From the IMG/VR virus record IMGVR_UViG_3300032312_001422, positions 160,001 through 224,000 of that record: 64,000 nt of DNA; one strand, written 5' to 3'. The notes beneath the pieces are model-generated. The model searched no databases, was not told the origin of the DNA, and worked only from the letters and a program-made list of their open reading frames with translations. The position numbers were made by a program, and so were the translations under genes. Position 1 is the stretch's first letter. Each line of letters starts with the position of its first letter. This document shows, in pieces, positions 26,094 to 36,804 of the stretch. This DNA is from a virus (Duplodnaviria > Caudoviricetes).

Positions 26094-27387
26094 ACCATTC
26101 CAGTGCCGCAGGTCTCAAGGACATTATGTCTCTAAAAGTATACTGGTCTTTTCGAATTCTTTCAATCTCTAATGTTCTGGCCTTGCCTTTACGCAGGCCT
26201 GCTTGGTAAGTGTCAGGCCATTGTTCAGCAAAAGTGGGTCTTGTTTTGAGTTGAATCAGTATATCCCGTAACGGGCCGGTAAGAGGGCGTTCCCCAGGAG
26301 TGCCATTCACAATTTCGTCTATCCAAGGATGCAGTACATCTTTGGGTAGTGCCAACGGGCTCATAATGATGTCTGGGCTAAACGAGAACACCACTTTTGC
26401 TAAAACATCTACTCCGAGTTCTTGGGCAAGCGTTTGTATCGCTTGTACTTCAAAGAGTCCTGGTGTAGTAAGAGTGAAGTCCAAACGGATCTGGCGGCGG
26501 CTACGGTTGTATGCAAGTCCTTCGCGGATGTTCTCAAGCCACTGATCAAAATCAAGACCTGATCGAATATACTCTCCAATTCTGCCCGTGCCGTCGATGC
26601 TTGCACAGATTTGCCAGTCACGTAGCCCAGATAAAATATCCCTAAACAGATTAATACCTCTATAATTGATCCTACTAAGATTTGTGTTGTATCTAGCGTA
26701 AACATTTTTTCCATCTCCAAGTTCGATAATACGCTTCATGTAACGCCAGTGTTGCTCGTACATAAGCGGCTCTCCTCCCACCCAATACACCTCTTCCACT
26801 CGGTGCTCCTCAACAGCAGTGGCAAACTCTTGCTCTACCTGGGTGTCTTGAAACTTTTCTATTTGTATCTTGACTTCGGGACGCATCCAGTTGTTTTTAG
26901 GATTTGTCAAGTCGATCATTGCGTGTTGTCGTTGCTCACTCTCCCAAGCACTACTCAACATGTCACCGCACATGCGGCACTTAAAATTACAAAGGTTACT
27001 AAATCTGTAATCCCACGAAACTGGCTTCATTGTCGTGTAGCCTGTTGCATCAGTATGCTCTATGGCTTGTAAATACTTATGCCCAAACAGCTGGTTAAAA
27101 TAACTACGGTAAACGTCTGTGTTTAATAGTTTGTCGTTGCACACTTCGCACTCGGGTAGTGTTTCCCCAGCCATCATACGACGACGCACACTACGCATAT
27201 GATCGCTGTTCCAATGTTGATCTAATGTAACGGGAATATACTGGCCTGTGCCACTTTTGGTATCAATATACTGCTCAAAGTTTTGTGCTGGCTCGCGGCT
27301 GGCGCAACACATGCGTCTTTCTGTTTGTGGACTCAAATATGTGTGTGTCCAAGGTGCCATGCACAAGGTTGCTGGTTTAAATTGCAT
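26077..27387 (-). CDS. Radical SAM enzyme with N-terminal Twitch/SPASM-like domain
   Basis: CMAPW...MCC...CEVC, then CNFKCRMC and VGGEP. Confidence 0.9.
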   Translation of the reverse strand: MQFKPATLCMAPWTHTYLSPQTERRMCCASREPAQNFEQYIDTKSGTGQYIPVTLDQHWNSDHMRSVRRRMMAGETLPECEVCNDKLLNTDVYRSYFNQLFGHKYLQAIEHTDATGYTTMKPVSWDYRFSNLCNFKCRMCGDMLSSAWESEQRQHAMIDLTNPKNNWMRPEVKIQIEKFQDTQVEQEFATAVEEHRVEEVYWVGGEPLMYEQHWRYMKRIIELGDGKNVYARYNTNLSRINYRGINLFRDILSGLRDWQICASIDGTGRIGEYIRSGLDFDQWLENIREGLAYNRSRRQIRLDFTLTTPGLFEVQAIQTLAQELGVDVLAKVVFSFSPDIIMSPLALPKDVLHPWIDEIVNGTPGERPLTGPLRDILIQLKTRPTFAEQWPDTYQAGLRKGKARTLEIERIRKDQYTFRDIMSLRPAALEWYDSIN

Positions 27388-28447
27388 TTATATACTCAAT
27401 TGCTTGTTGTATTTTATCAACATTGGTTTTTGTAACATGATTGTAAAATGTATGATAGAAATGATTATGATTATAGTCAACTAATTCTTGTATTGCAGGC
27501 GAGTCTAACAAATCGTCTTGATCAAAGTTATCAATAAATTCAAATATTTTTTTATATCTAATACTGTCAACGTCTTTATCATAATCCAATTTAAATTCAG
27601 ATTCAAAAGATTCAAAGCCTAATAATTTTAATCTTTCTATACTGCGTTCTTGTGATACAAGCACAAAGCAACAACCAGTTACAATTGATTTCATTATTTT
27701 TTCTGTCAAATAGGCAACAGGTTGATCATGGCAAGAAACAAACATTGATTCACATGTCCACAATAACTTAGAATCTTTAAGTACACGATTATCGAGCGTC
27801 CACGTATGTCCGGGGGCTTTGATAGGATTTAAATGTATGTGATTTAATAATTCAATTTCTTTGTCTGTGATGTTTAATCCAAATTCAGATATCAACTGTT
27901 GGCAATACAATGTAAATGTTGTTTGATTATATTCAGCCGACGGAGTATTGCAAAATGTATATTGTAATTTATTGTCAAATTTATGTAGTAACTTTGCAGT
28001 CGCCAATGCTTTATGCATAGCGTTTCTATTAGACAGAGAACCATGTGTAAATTTTCTTGTGTGAAGTTTTGTATACTCTGGTTTTTGTAAAAAAGGAATA
28101 ATTGTGTGTAGATGTTCTATATAAAATATTTTTGTACGCTTAAACTCAGGGCCTTGATAAAATTGTGAAGTTAATAAAACTATCTGCTTGTCTGCAAATG
28201 CCGGATCGTTTTCCAATCTCTGTAGCATGTCAGTATTGAAACTTTCCCCAAATGCACACAGAATATAGATATCATAGTCTATCGGTGGATACTTAGGATT
28301 CCACCCAAGGCGGTCTATTAGATAGATACGTTTATCAGTTGATATTTGTTTTAAAAAAACAAGCAATTCTCCAAACTCTTTATCCAGTGGATAAGGGTAA
28401 TTATTTAAATTTCCGTTGTATGTAGTATGGTTGGCCTTAACCCACAT
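27377..28447 (-). CDS. GT10-like putative glycosyltransferase (copy 2, divergent, AT-rich)
   Basis: WTCES...YLTEKIMKSI...LKLLGFESF...DYD. Confidence 0.5.
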   Translation of the reverse strand: MWVKANHTTYNGNLNNYPYPLDKEFGELLVFLKQISTDKRIYLIDRLGWNPKYPPIDYDIYILCAFGESFNTDMLQRLENDPAFADKQIVLLTSQFYQGPEFKRTKIFYIEHLHTIIPFLQKPEYTKLHTRKFTHGSLSNRNAMHKALATAKLLHKFDNKLQYTFCNTPSAEYNQTTFTLYCQQLISEFGLNITDKEIELLNHIHLNPIKAPGHTWTLDNRVLKDSKLLWTCESMFVSCHDQPVAYLTEKIMKSIVTGCCFVLVSQERSIERLKLLGFESFESEFKLDYDKDVDSIRYKKIFEFIDNFDQDDLLDSPAIQELVDYNHNHFYHTFYNHVTKTNVDKIQQAIEYINAI

Positions 28448-29654
28448 ATCCCATTGCCCGTGCTATTTCTTCATGTGTATCCATAAAGTTTTGTTTGCGA
28501 TGTTCGTCTGTGCGTTGCATTTTAAACAAGAACTCCTTACCGTCACTGCCGGTGCCATTTTTAATAAATTTAATTACACTATCAATTTCTTGTTGATATT
28601 TGTTATTTTTCCAAAATGTTGTTTTTAGTTTGTTTAGTACCAATTCCTGTGCTGCCGGAGTCATCATTTGTATGCTCATGTGATCCGGGCTATGCATCAT
28701 ATTAAAATAGATGTCACCAAATCTTTTTGTATCTGCCCAATCCAGTAGTTCATCTAAGTAGTAAACGTTTTGTATGTTTATGGTAAAGCATAACTGTGTG
28801 GTAATATTAGGAGTGTCAACAGCCTGCGTAAAATGCACATCATCAATAATTTTATTTGCTAATTCCCAATTGGCTCCGTAACGTTCATATTCAAAACGTG
28901 AGCCTACGTTGTCAATACTAAAGGCAATGTCAACTCGGCCAAACTCTTTCCACATTAAAATTTGTGGGGTACCAGGTTGTTGTGTAGCATTGGTGTTGTA
29001 GTGTATATCAATATTTTTACTGTATCCTTGATCTACTGCGTACTGTAATAAATCAAAGTGTTCTTGTATCATCCAGGGCTCGCCACCAGTGAATTCAAAG
29101 TACCGAATGTTGGGCAACAACTCACGCATGTTATCCCAGAATGTTTCAGTCTTGCGTGGCCATGCACCTTGCCGTAACCAAGTGTAGGCAATGTGTTCTT
29201 TTTTATTAATGCCTGGCATATAAGCAAGTTCTTCTTCGGCCCACTTGCTCGAACTCCACGATCCGCATATACGACATTTAAGATTACAAATGTTTCCTAG
29301 CTTTAGATCAACAAACCATAGCTGATCTGGATCATCGTTATCCCAATCCACTTGCTGATATAACTCTTTCAAACGAACTTGACTGTGTATACGTTTGCTG
29401 TCACGTCCCGCCGACTCTTCTTCCCAACAGCGACTACAGGTTGCAGGCTTTTCACCGCGTCTAAATTGTCTGCGTAAGTTTTGCATGTATTCACTGTGAT
29501 ATGCCACTTCCAAATTGGTTTCATTTAAGTCATACTTGTTGCCCAACTCATCTGTAATTTCTTCGTGTGCCATACAACAAGGTCGTGTAGTTCCCATCGG
29601 GCTGGCTTCGATACTAATCCAGGGCAACATACAAATTGTCTTAGGTAGGTTCAT
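28437..29654 (-). CDS. Radical SAM enzyme with N-terminal Twitch/SPASM-like domain
   Basis: CMLPW...PCC...CSRC, CNLKCRIC, TGGEP, HYNTN. Confidence 0.9.
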   Translation of the reverse strand: MNLPKTICMLPWISIEASPMGTTRPCCMAHEEITDELGNKYDLNETNLEVAYHSEYMQNLRRQFRRGEKPATCSRCWEEESAGRDSKRIHSQVRLKELYQQVDWDNDDPDQLWFVDLKLGNICNLKCRICGSWSSSKWAEEELAYMPGINKKEHIAYTWLRQGAWPRKTETFWDNMRELLPNIRYFEFTGGEPWMIQEHFDLLQYAVDQGYSKNIDIHYNTNATQQPGTPQILMWKEFGRVDIAFSIDNVGSRFEYERYGANWELANKIIDDVHFTQAVDTPNITTQLCFTINIQNVYYLDELLDWADTKRFGDIYFNMMHSPDHMSIQMMTPAAQELVLNKLKTTFWKNNKYQQEIDSVIKFIKNGTGSDGKEFLFKMQRTDEHRKQNFMDTHEEIARAMGYVG

Positions 29655-30984
29655 AATCTTTTAAATTGGCTAGTTCCGGGAATGTTTCCCAAAAATCTTC
29701 ATTGCGTACTGTATCTAGTTTAGCACACTCCTCAACAAAGCGTGGCCACAGGTGACTTTGATCTGCACCTTTTAATAAATTCAATGTGCTACGGAATCCA
29801 TTGGTTGCACGTTTAAGATTGTCTTGTGACTGCAACCACTCGATATGTTGTTCGTATGCAGGCACAATAACATCACGTTTAAACTGTTCTGGAAAGATAT
29901 CTATGCGATACCATTCCGGGCTTTGGCAAATATTTACATTAAAGTCTTTGGCTTTAATCAGCCCCAACTCAGTCCACTCTCGATGGAAATCCAAAACGTG
30001 CAACACATTCATTGAACTGATAGTGGCACTGATATAAAAGTCCACATGCGGCACTTCTGCCTGCATGCGTTGACGGTTATCCACGGCTTGTGCCCAATCT
30101 GTTCCTTTACGCATCAGCTCGGCTCTGACTCCCGATGCATCTAGGCTGGCGCCAACACTAACATTCTTAAAGTGTTTCCAATAATCAAACACATGTTTAT
30201 CTTTGTAAGCCAACTCGCTGAAATTGGTGTTGTACTGAATACGCACATCTGTTTTACCGGCTTCAATCAACTTCTCCAGCAAGTAATAATGTTCTTTCAT
30301 AATTAGGGGTTCGCCACCAGCAAAGTACACCTGTTCAAGATGAGGTATGTGTGGCTCCATCTGTGCTAGCATACCGTCTTCGTCTCCGGTGGTGTACTCT
30401 ACACGAGCCATATCACGGCCAAGCACATCAGGAACACGATTATACAACTTGACATGATCGTTAAACCAGTTACTGCTGAAAATAGGCCCACAGCTGCGAC
30501 AACGGAAGTTACAAAGGTTGCTAAAACGAACGTCCCAATAACGTATTTTGAATTCAGGATTTGTGCCATCATCTTGTGTCCTTTCGATTTCATCTATATG
30601 ATGTCCATAGTTACGATTGGCATCGTTACGCATACTAAAAAATCCGTTGCGTTCTTGTTCGTAACATTTATTACACTCTTTACTCTTGATTTCTGTAACC
30701 ATGTTCTTACGCAGGTTACGATATGGTTCTTGATTCCACACTTGTTCCATGGTGTTTTTACGCAGGTCTCCAACTGGATGCCAATAGTCTGCTACACAAC
30801 AAGGATAAGCACGGCCATCCGGAAAAGCATGTAAGTGCATCCAAGGCAACATACAAAATGTTTCGCTTTTCATTAATAAATCTTGTTGTGTTTCACTGAG
30901 TTTGTCAGGTTCAATAAAATAAGGTTTACGTGCCATGTAGTCGTAACCCTTGTTGTAAAAGTCTTTTGTTGTATTTTCACTCAT
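29641..30984 (-). CDS. Radical SAM enzyme with N-terminal Twitch/SPASM-like domain
   Basis: CMLPW...PCC...CNKC, CNFRCRSC, AGGEP, QYNTN. Confidence 0.9.
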   Translation of the reverse strand: MSENTTKDFYNKGYDYMARKPYFIEPDKLSETQQDLLMKSETFCMLPWMHLHAFPDGRAYPCCVADYWHPVGDLRKNTMEQVWNQEPYRNLRKNMVTEIKSKECNKCYEQERNGFFSMRNDANRNYGHHIDEIERTQDDGTNPEFKIRYWDVRFSNLCNFRCRSCGPIFSSNWFNDHVKLYNRVPDVLGRDMARVEYTTGDEDGMLAQMEPHIPHLEQVYFAGGEPLIMKEHYYLLEKLIEAGKTDVRIQYNTNFSELAYKDKHVFDYWKHFKNVSVGASLDASGVRAELMRKGTDWAQAVDNRQRMQAEVPHVDFYISATISSMNVLHVLDFHREWTELGLIKAKDFNVNICQSPEWYRIDIFPEQFKRDVIVPAYEQHIEWLQSQDNLKRATNGFRSTLNLLKGADQSHLWPRFVEECAKLDTVRNEDFWETFPELANLKDYEPT

Positions 30985-31735
30985 ATAGTATATCTTTGTT
31001 TGTTAGTTGTGGTATTAGTATTTCTCGTAACCATCCTTCTGTTGCTTCTGGAAACTTAGGATGGAAATGATCATCTTCTAAATATTTGCGTTTTCTAGCC
31101 CAGTCGCCGTAGTAGTCGTCGTCATGTAACGGCAACCACGGTTCTTTGTCTAAGGACAAATTTAATTTAGCAAGTTCGGCACCGAAGTCAGCAAAATGCG
31201 GCGATGGAAAACTGTGTTTTTTATAATTCAAAAATGATGTATAACAATATGTGTATTGGTTAATCTTTAGATAGTTAGATAAATTTTGCATTGCCAACCA
31301 ACTGTGCAATGTTAAACTGTGGATAGACTGATATTTTGAATAGTCCACCAATGTTTTTATCAACGGTGTTGGGTTTTTTGCATTCCACCAGGCCCCGCCT
31401 ACTACAAGTTCATTGTAATCATCGTATTGGTAATTGAATGAATACTCTGTTGAAAAATTTGAATTTTTAGCATCAGTGATCCAGTCAATTCTGTTGATAC
31501 CGGACCACATTGCAATTACCAAGGTATCTTCTGTTGGTAATTTGTTCTTTTCTAGGTAAAGCATGATGCTTTTGCTAATGTGATCGTTACCTACTCCGGA
31601 TATGGCAAGATTATGTATCTGCATGCCGGTCCAGTCAGCTAACAAATTTGCCCAGCTCGAATGTCCGGGTATACGTCCTGTGTGATGCGTAAAACTACAC
31701 CCCGAAACTACTAAATGTTTAAATTTAGATTTCAT
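30977..31735 (-). CDS. SGNH-like protein (copy 7)
   Basis: VSGCSFT, AISGVGN, DDHFHP. Confidence 0.6.
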   Translation of the reverse strand: MKSKFKHLVVSGCSFTHHTGRIPGHSSWANLLADWTGMQIHNLAISGVGNDHISKSIMLYLEKNKLPTEDTLVIAMWSGINRIDWITDAKNSNFSTEYSFNYQYDDYNELVVGGAWWNAKNPTPLIKTLVDYSKYQSIHSLTLHSWLAMQNLSNYLKINQYTYCYTSFLNYKKHSFPSPHFADFGAELAKLNLSLDKEPWLPLHDDDYYGDWARKRKYLEDDHFHPKFPEATEGWLREILIPQLTNKDILYE

Positions 31736-33074
31736 TGTACCACTCTGCCAAATTGGAGAACGTCTCTACAAAGTTCTTACTGCGACGTTGATCGTATTGT
31801 GTAAAAAATTGTTTGAAGTCCTGTTGTAGTATACTTTGTTCTGCAGCACCCACATGCGGAGTTATAACCACATCAAGATAATCAATCAGGCGTTTTAATT
31901 GGTCAATTTCAAACGCATGGAACACACCAAAGTCTTTGTGCGTTTTATAAAATTCACTTAATTTTGTTCTGTATTGTGTTCGAATTGTGTCTGGTAGTAC
32001 CAACGGACTTTGAAAACTTGGAAAGCGTAATATGTTTAGTGAAAAATTAATTGAATCTTTACCGTGCTTGAGTTTCCAGTTATATACCATCTCAAGGAAG
32101 CTGTCTAACGTATCCAAGCACAATGCATTAATGGTACACATGACATGCAGGCCGCGGAACTTGCCCGAGTCTAGTAGACGTTCAACATTATTAGTCCAGT
32201 CATCAAACACAAGGCCATCTCGAATGTATTCAGCTTGCAATCCTATTGATTCGTTGCTGGTATATAAATCAATTTCTACTCCATCAATTGCAACAAGCAA
32301 TCGATCAATATCCACGTCAGTGCCTAGGTTACTGTTGATGGCAAGACGTGTAGAGCTTTTACCTTTATTGGTTTTAAACCAATCAATTAACTTCCAGGTT
32401 TCCGCACTCATCAACGGCTCACCGCCAGTGATGCGTAATTCTTTTAGTGTCCTGTGTAGATCTGATTCCCACCATGCATGAAAAGCTTCAACGTACGGAT
32501 TTGTTTCTCCAAACTTGTAAAGCTGACTAGCATCATGGGCATGAGTAAAGTGATTGCGGCCATCGCTGACAAGACCGTTATAAGCACCATTGGTCTTGAT
32601 GTCTCGGACCCAAGTACTACTGAACGCTGGGTTACAGTAGCTACAGGCAAATTGGCAGGTTCTGTCAAACGCAATTTCCAGGGTTTGGAGATCAATATCT
32701 TCGCTGGCGGGTGTTCTAAAGGCATGTGATAAATCCTTGTCATCGTATATAACTGTTTTGTAAACACGATCACTGATGTTGTCTCGGCCAATGTCTTCTA
32801 TTTTCCAGCAGTATTCACAACCAGTGGGACGTTCACCTTTTTGCATTTGTTCGCGTTCCATTTTTTTCTTTTGCGTATTATGCAACGCTTTTGGATTACG
32901 TGCAACATCCTCTACACTTACTTGGTGTGGCAATGGATGATGACAACTGGTAGTTTGCCCCGATCCTAGCCAAATAGTAGCATTGTACCATTTGGCTCCG
33001 CAGAAGCTTTCTGACTTGATGTCAATTACTCTGCGTTTATACTCTAAATCAGTTTCGTTATTAATTCTGGGCAT
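31725..33074 (-). CDS. Radical SAM enzyme with N-terminal Twitch-like domain (Cys/His subtype)
   Basis: CGAKW...SCHHP...CEYC, CQFACSYC, TGGEP. Confidence 0.9.
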   Translation of the reverse strand: MPRINNETDLEYKRRVIDIKSESFCGAKWYNATIWLGSGQTTSCHHPLPHQVSVEDVARNPKALHNTQKKKMEREQMQKGERPTGCEYCWKIEDIGRDNISDRVYKTVIYDDKDLSHAFRTPASEDIDLQTLEIAFDRTCQFACSYCNPAFSSTWVRDIKTNGAYNGLVSDGRNHFTHAHDASQLYKFGETNPYVEAFHAWWESDLHRTLKELRITGGEPLMSAETWKLIDWFKTNKGKSSTRLAINSNLGTDVDIDRLLVAIDGVEIDLYTSNESIGLQAEYIRDGLVFDDWTNNVERLLDSGKFRGLHVMCTINALCLDTLDSFLEMVYNWKLKHGKDSINFSLNILRFPSFQSPLVLPDTIRTQYRTKLSEFYKTHKDFGVFHAFEIDQLKRLIDYLDVVITPHVGAAEQSILQQDFKQFFTQYDQRRSKNFVETFSNLAEWYNEI

Positions 33075-34444
33075 GGTATTTACATTCGTTCCAAAATTCT
33101 GTCATTTCTGGAAAAGTTTTTAAAAAGTCAGTTTTGCGTCGTTTGTCGTGTTCGTTAAAAAAAACGATAAAAGTCTGCACGTTGCAGTTTAACATATTCT
33201 GGGTCTAGATTGCGACCTGCTTTCATCCAATCTATATCTCTACGCATACGCTGTACTTCGTAGTCTTTGAATCCATGGAATGGGTCATCTGCGGTTTCCA
33301 AATTGAGTTCCATCCAATCTGCCACACGTTCTAGCACACCAATGTAGACTTCGGGTAATATTTGTAAACTTTGCCAGGTAGGTGTACGCAACAGCGGAGT
33401 ATCAAACCAAACACGCTGGTAGGTTTTACTATGCACTCGACGTAGGTCGAGTATCCACTCTAGTTGTCGTTGTAAGCCCAACACACTTAGATTGTTCATG
33501 GTAATAATAAATGTCAAACTGTTACGATACGGAATGTCTGTTAAGAAACGACTTACATTATCAGCCATGCGAGAAAAATTTAAACCATGTCTAATGTACT
33601 CTGCATGTCTGGGTTTACCCGAATCTAAACTCACATACTGCATAAAGTGTTCAATCTGGGTTGAACATAATTGCTTGACATAGCCCAAGTACTTGTGAAA
33701 CAATCGGTCTTCTACACTGAAGTTGCTGGTCACATCCAAGTGTAGTTCTGGATTGGGTAGTGCCAACACATAATCAAATACTTTGTAGGTATTCTTATCC
33801 ATTAGGGGCTCACCACCGGTCATGCGGAAATGTTTCAAATGAGGATACAGCTCAGGCCACCATTCCCAGAACGCATCCACGTAAGGATTGTCGTAACTGG
33901 CTGGGATAGGCCTGCGGCGACCAGTGAAGTGCTTGGGATCGTTATGCGGTGTGCTGGTAGGGTATGCACCGTAGTAGTCAGTTTCTTGCATCCAGGTGCT
34001 AGAGAACTGCGGACTGCAATAGCTACACTTGAGATTACATACATGATTGAAATTTACTTCAACATAACTGGGTATCCAATCTTCTGTACCTGTGCTGGAC
34101 TTGATTGCGTTATAGTCGTTGGCGGCCCAGGGTTCTCCTGAGCGGTAATGACGGTCACTGAGATTGCCCATGTCCTCTTGTGTCCAGCAATAACCGCACT
34201 CCTGTGGGCGTTCATTTTTAAGCATGATCACACGTTGATCTTTTTTGTGTGCTGTGTTGTGTAGTGCACCAGGATTGTCTTTTAATGCTGTAGGGTCAAT
34301 TTCATGCAGGGGCGGATGATAACAACTGTTGGTCATACCTGTAGCCAAATGCAAGCTGACTTGTTTCCATTTGGCTAGGCACAGCCCAGGACCCAATAGT
34401 TCCTTCATCTTTTCTGCAGAGGACATAAAATTGCTTTTTGACAT
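33061..34444 (-). CDS. Radical SAM enzyme with N-terminal Twitch-like domain (Cys/His subtype), interrupted by a +1 frameshift at 33155-33164
   Basis: CLAKW...SCYHP...CGYC, CNLKCSYC, TGGEP. Frame 0 stops at RFF* (33155). The +1 frame continues NEHDKRRKTDFLKTFPEMTEFWNECKYHAQN*, matching paralogue C-termini. Confidence 0.85.
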
Positions 34445-34447
34445 TAA

Positions 34448-35404
34448 TTAATCCTCAACTAGAGTAATTTTTTTAGAATAATTGCGATGTATTAACAAGT
34501 TATAGTTGTGATCTAGTATGCTTTGCATTGTGTGGTACATAGTGTTGAGCTCGTTTTTAGATTTGGTTGCCAACGTATCTGTCAACTTGATAATGTGGTG
34601 AAAACGAGTAACTGGATCGTATCCATCGTAATCTTCATCCCAGAAATCGTGGAATGTACGAAATCCCAGCTGACGTAAATAAATTAAATGATTTTTTGGG
34701 CCCATAATTATAAATGGCTTTTTCATCAACATGGGCCTAAATGTTTTTTCTGTGGGGCAAAAAGTATTGCCAGAGGTGTAACTTTCTGCTACCACGTCGA
34801 TCAGTATGTCTGGGTAAAATTCCAACAACTGATCTGTAAATCCCGAAGTATCTTGTTGTCCTGGAGTATATCCATCTTGCGTTTCTAGCATCAATGGCAA
34901 ACTATCAGCAATCGTTGCGAACGTTTTAATTTGTTCTGGCGCATTGGTAAACAGTTCTGTTAATTCAAATAGTTTGCGTGAATCTTCGTTGCGGTAATCG
35001 CCACGTAAATTCACGTACGATTCTGCGGGATACTGTGCCAACAAATGCCCAGCAATGCCAAGGCGGTGCCAAATTGGTCTTCCGTAATATGCTAAAAATA
35101 TCTTATTACCGTTCCATACATGATATTTGCTGTCTACTGGTTTTTTAACCTGTGCCCACTGTAGCAATGATTGGACTCTAATAAAATACTTGTCATGTTG
35201 TTCAATACAATTTCCGCTGTGTATTTCAACATATTTAAAATTGAATTTGTCTAATAGATCATACAAACCCGTTGCTGAACAGCTGGCACCTTCGGTTCTT
35301 GTGTCTATGCTTATTGTGCCACCTTGATTTTTAACTAAGAAATCAACTAGCTCAACTTGGTTCCAAATAAACGTGTCAGCAGTTATTACAGTAAATTTAT
35401 TCAA
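34448..35404 (-). CDS. GT10-like putative glycosyltransferase (copy 3)
   Basis: DVVAES...PTEKTFRPM...PFIIMG...GFRTFHDFWDEDYD. Confidence 0.55.
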   Translation of the reverse strand: MNKFTVITADTFIWNQVELVDFLVKNQGGTISIDTRTEGASCSATGLYDLLDKFNFKYVEIHSGNCIEQHDKYFIRVQSLLQWAQVKKPVDSKYHVWNGNKIFLAYYGRPIWHRLGIAGHLLAQYPAESYVNLRGDYRNEDSRKLFELTELFTNAPEQIKTFATIADSLPLMLETQDGYTPGQQDTSGFTDQLLEFYPDILIDVVAESYTSGNTFCPTEKTFRPMLMKKPFIIMGPKNHLIYLRQLGFRTFHDFWDEDYDGYDPVTRFHHIIKLTDTLATKSKNELNTMYHTMQSILDHNYNLLIHRNYSKKITLVED

Positions 35405-35921
35405 TCAAAAATCCAGAAATCTGTAATGTAAATTTATTTTGTAATCCAGCATTGGCACTAAGATGTTCTACAGAACTGTCCCATTGCAATCCTTCACCGG
35501 CACGCCAGTGTGTACTGACTTCATTGTCGTACTGTATAAAATGTCCCAGTTTCCAATCTTCCAAATAGATATTGGATCGAACTTTGATTTCTTTTCTGTC
35601 AGGATAATTTTTATTAATTTGAAAAAATGTATCTCTATGTAACGGAATCATGCAACCAGGTTCTTGTAAAATACTACTGACCATAATGACTTCCATGTTC
35701 AGCTGGCGGCCAAATTCTTCGTAGTCTACTTGTGTACGATCCCACCAAAGCTGATGTATTTTGGTATTGTCATAATTGAATGTGTTTGGGTAGCCGCCGT
35801 ACTTTTGATAGATATCATCAAGTTCTTTTTTCTGATGAGTCATGCAACTACCTTCGTGCTGGTTGTAGTCAGCTGCCAGTATAGTGGAAAAATCGTAATC
35901 TAAATTTATTTTATTAATCAT
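35397..35921 (-). CDS. 2OG-Fe(II) oxygenase / Asp-Asn beta-hydroxylase-like cupin
   Basis: PGCMIPLHRD (HxD), WRAGEG, EHLSANAG, TLQISG. Confidence 0.7.
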   Translation of the reverse strand: MINKINLDYDFSTILAADYNQHEGSCMTHQKKELDDIYQKYGGYPNTFNYDNTKIHQLWWDRTQVDYEEFGRQLNMEVIMVSSILQEPGCMIPLHRDTFFQINKNYPDRKEIKVRSNIYLEDWKLGHFIQYDNEVSTHWRAGEGLQWDSSVEHLSANAGLQNKFTLQISGFLIE

Positions 35922-35922
35922 A

Positions 35923-36804
35923 TTAAAACCTTGTGGGTATTTTACTAGGGTGCCAAAACTTTGTTAAATCTTGTCCTTGTAATATCAATGCTGTGGCTTG
36001 CTCAGTCCACTCTTGTGTTGCTGGATCTATTTGAATGTCTAGTGCAACTTTGTTTAGATATTCTAAATATTCGGTTGGTATTGGATGCGTGTCGTAACGA
36101 TGTAAAAATCTATTGCTAAACAGATGTGTTTCGTTTATTTCACGGTGAATTTCTGCATCCAAATTGGTAAAATCTTGATTGGTGAATTGTTTCCACGTGG
36201 GCCAACTATCCCCACGTTTTATTTCATATTCTTCTTTTAATTTTGCGTTGTCCAAATAGCCTTTTCGGCTGTACCAGTCGCAATTAAAAATTACTTCATA
36301 AACACTAGGAGCAACTGTGGCCAGTTCTTCTCTGTATAAATTACTTATCTTATTGTCTATGCTAAAAATTTTAAACACATTATCGTCAGGCACATTAAAT
36401 GGCACAATACTAAAGAAATAGTACTGGCAACCTATTGCATCTAATACAGCTTTGGCGCCAGCCAGGTGTGCTGTGTCACGCAACAAGTATCCGGTTGGAT
36501 CGGTAAATTTCTTAACAAAATTCTCATCGTAGTCGGTTTGATTGTATATGCTTCCGGGAGTTAGCCACTCGCCCCCAACATAACGATCCTCACGGCCAAT
36601 ACTGCTCCACATGATCATTACTACATCATCTTGGGTTATCTTGTTACGCTTGTGACATTCCATTAGGCTGTAAAAGATAAAACTATTGCCGGCGCCGGGT
36701 TGCCCCCAATTTTGATAATGAGTGTACTGTCGTGCCACTATGTCAGCCCAGGTAGGATGTTTTGATCTGGTGAACGAGCAACCGAAAGCAAAGAATCTTG
36801 TCAT
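35923..36804 (-). CDS. SGNH-like protein (copy 8)
   Basis: AFGCSFT, GQPGAGN, DTHPIP. Confidence 0.6.
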   Translation of the reverse strand: MTRFFAFGCSFTRSKHPTWADIVARQYTHYQNWGQPGAGNSFIFYSLMECHKRNKITQDDVVMIMWSSIGREDRYVGGEWLTPGSIYNQTDYDENFVKKFTDPTGYLLRDTAHLAGAKAVLDAIGCQYYFFSIVPFNVPDDNVFKIFSIDNKISNLYREELATVAPSVYEVIFNCDWYSRKGYLDNAKLKEEYEIKRGDSWPTWKQFTNQDFTNLDAEIHREINETHLFSNRFLHRYDTHPIPTEYLEYLNKVALDIQIDPATQEWTEQATALILQGQDLTKFWHPSKIPTRF

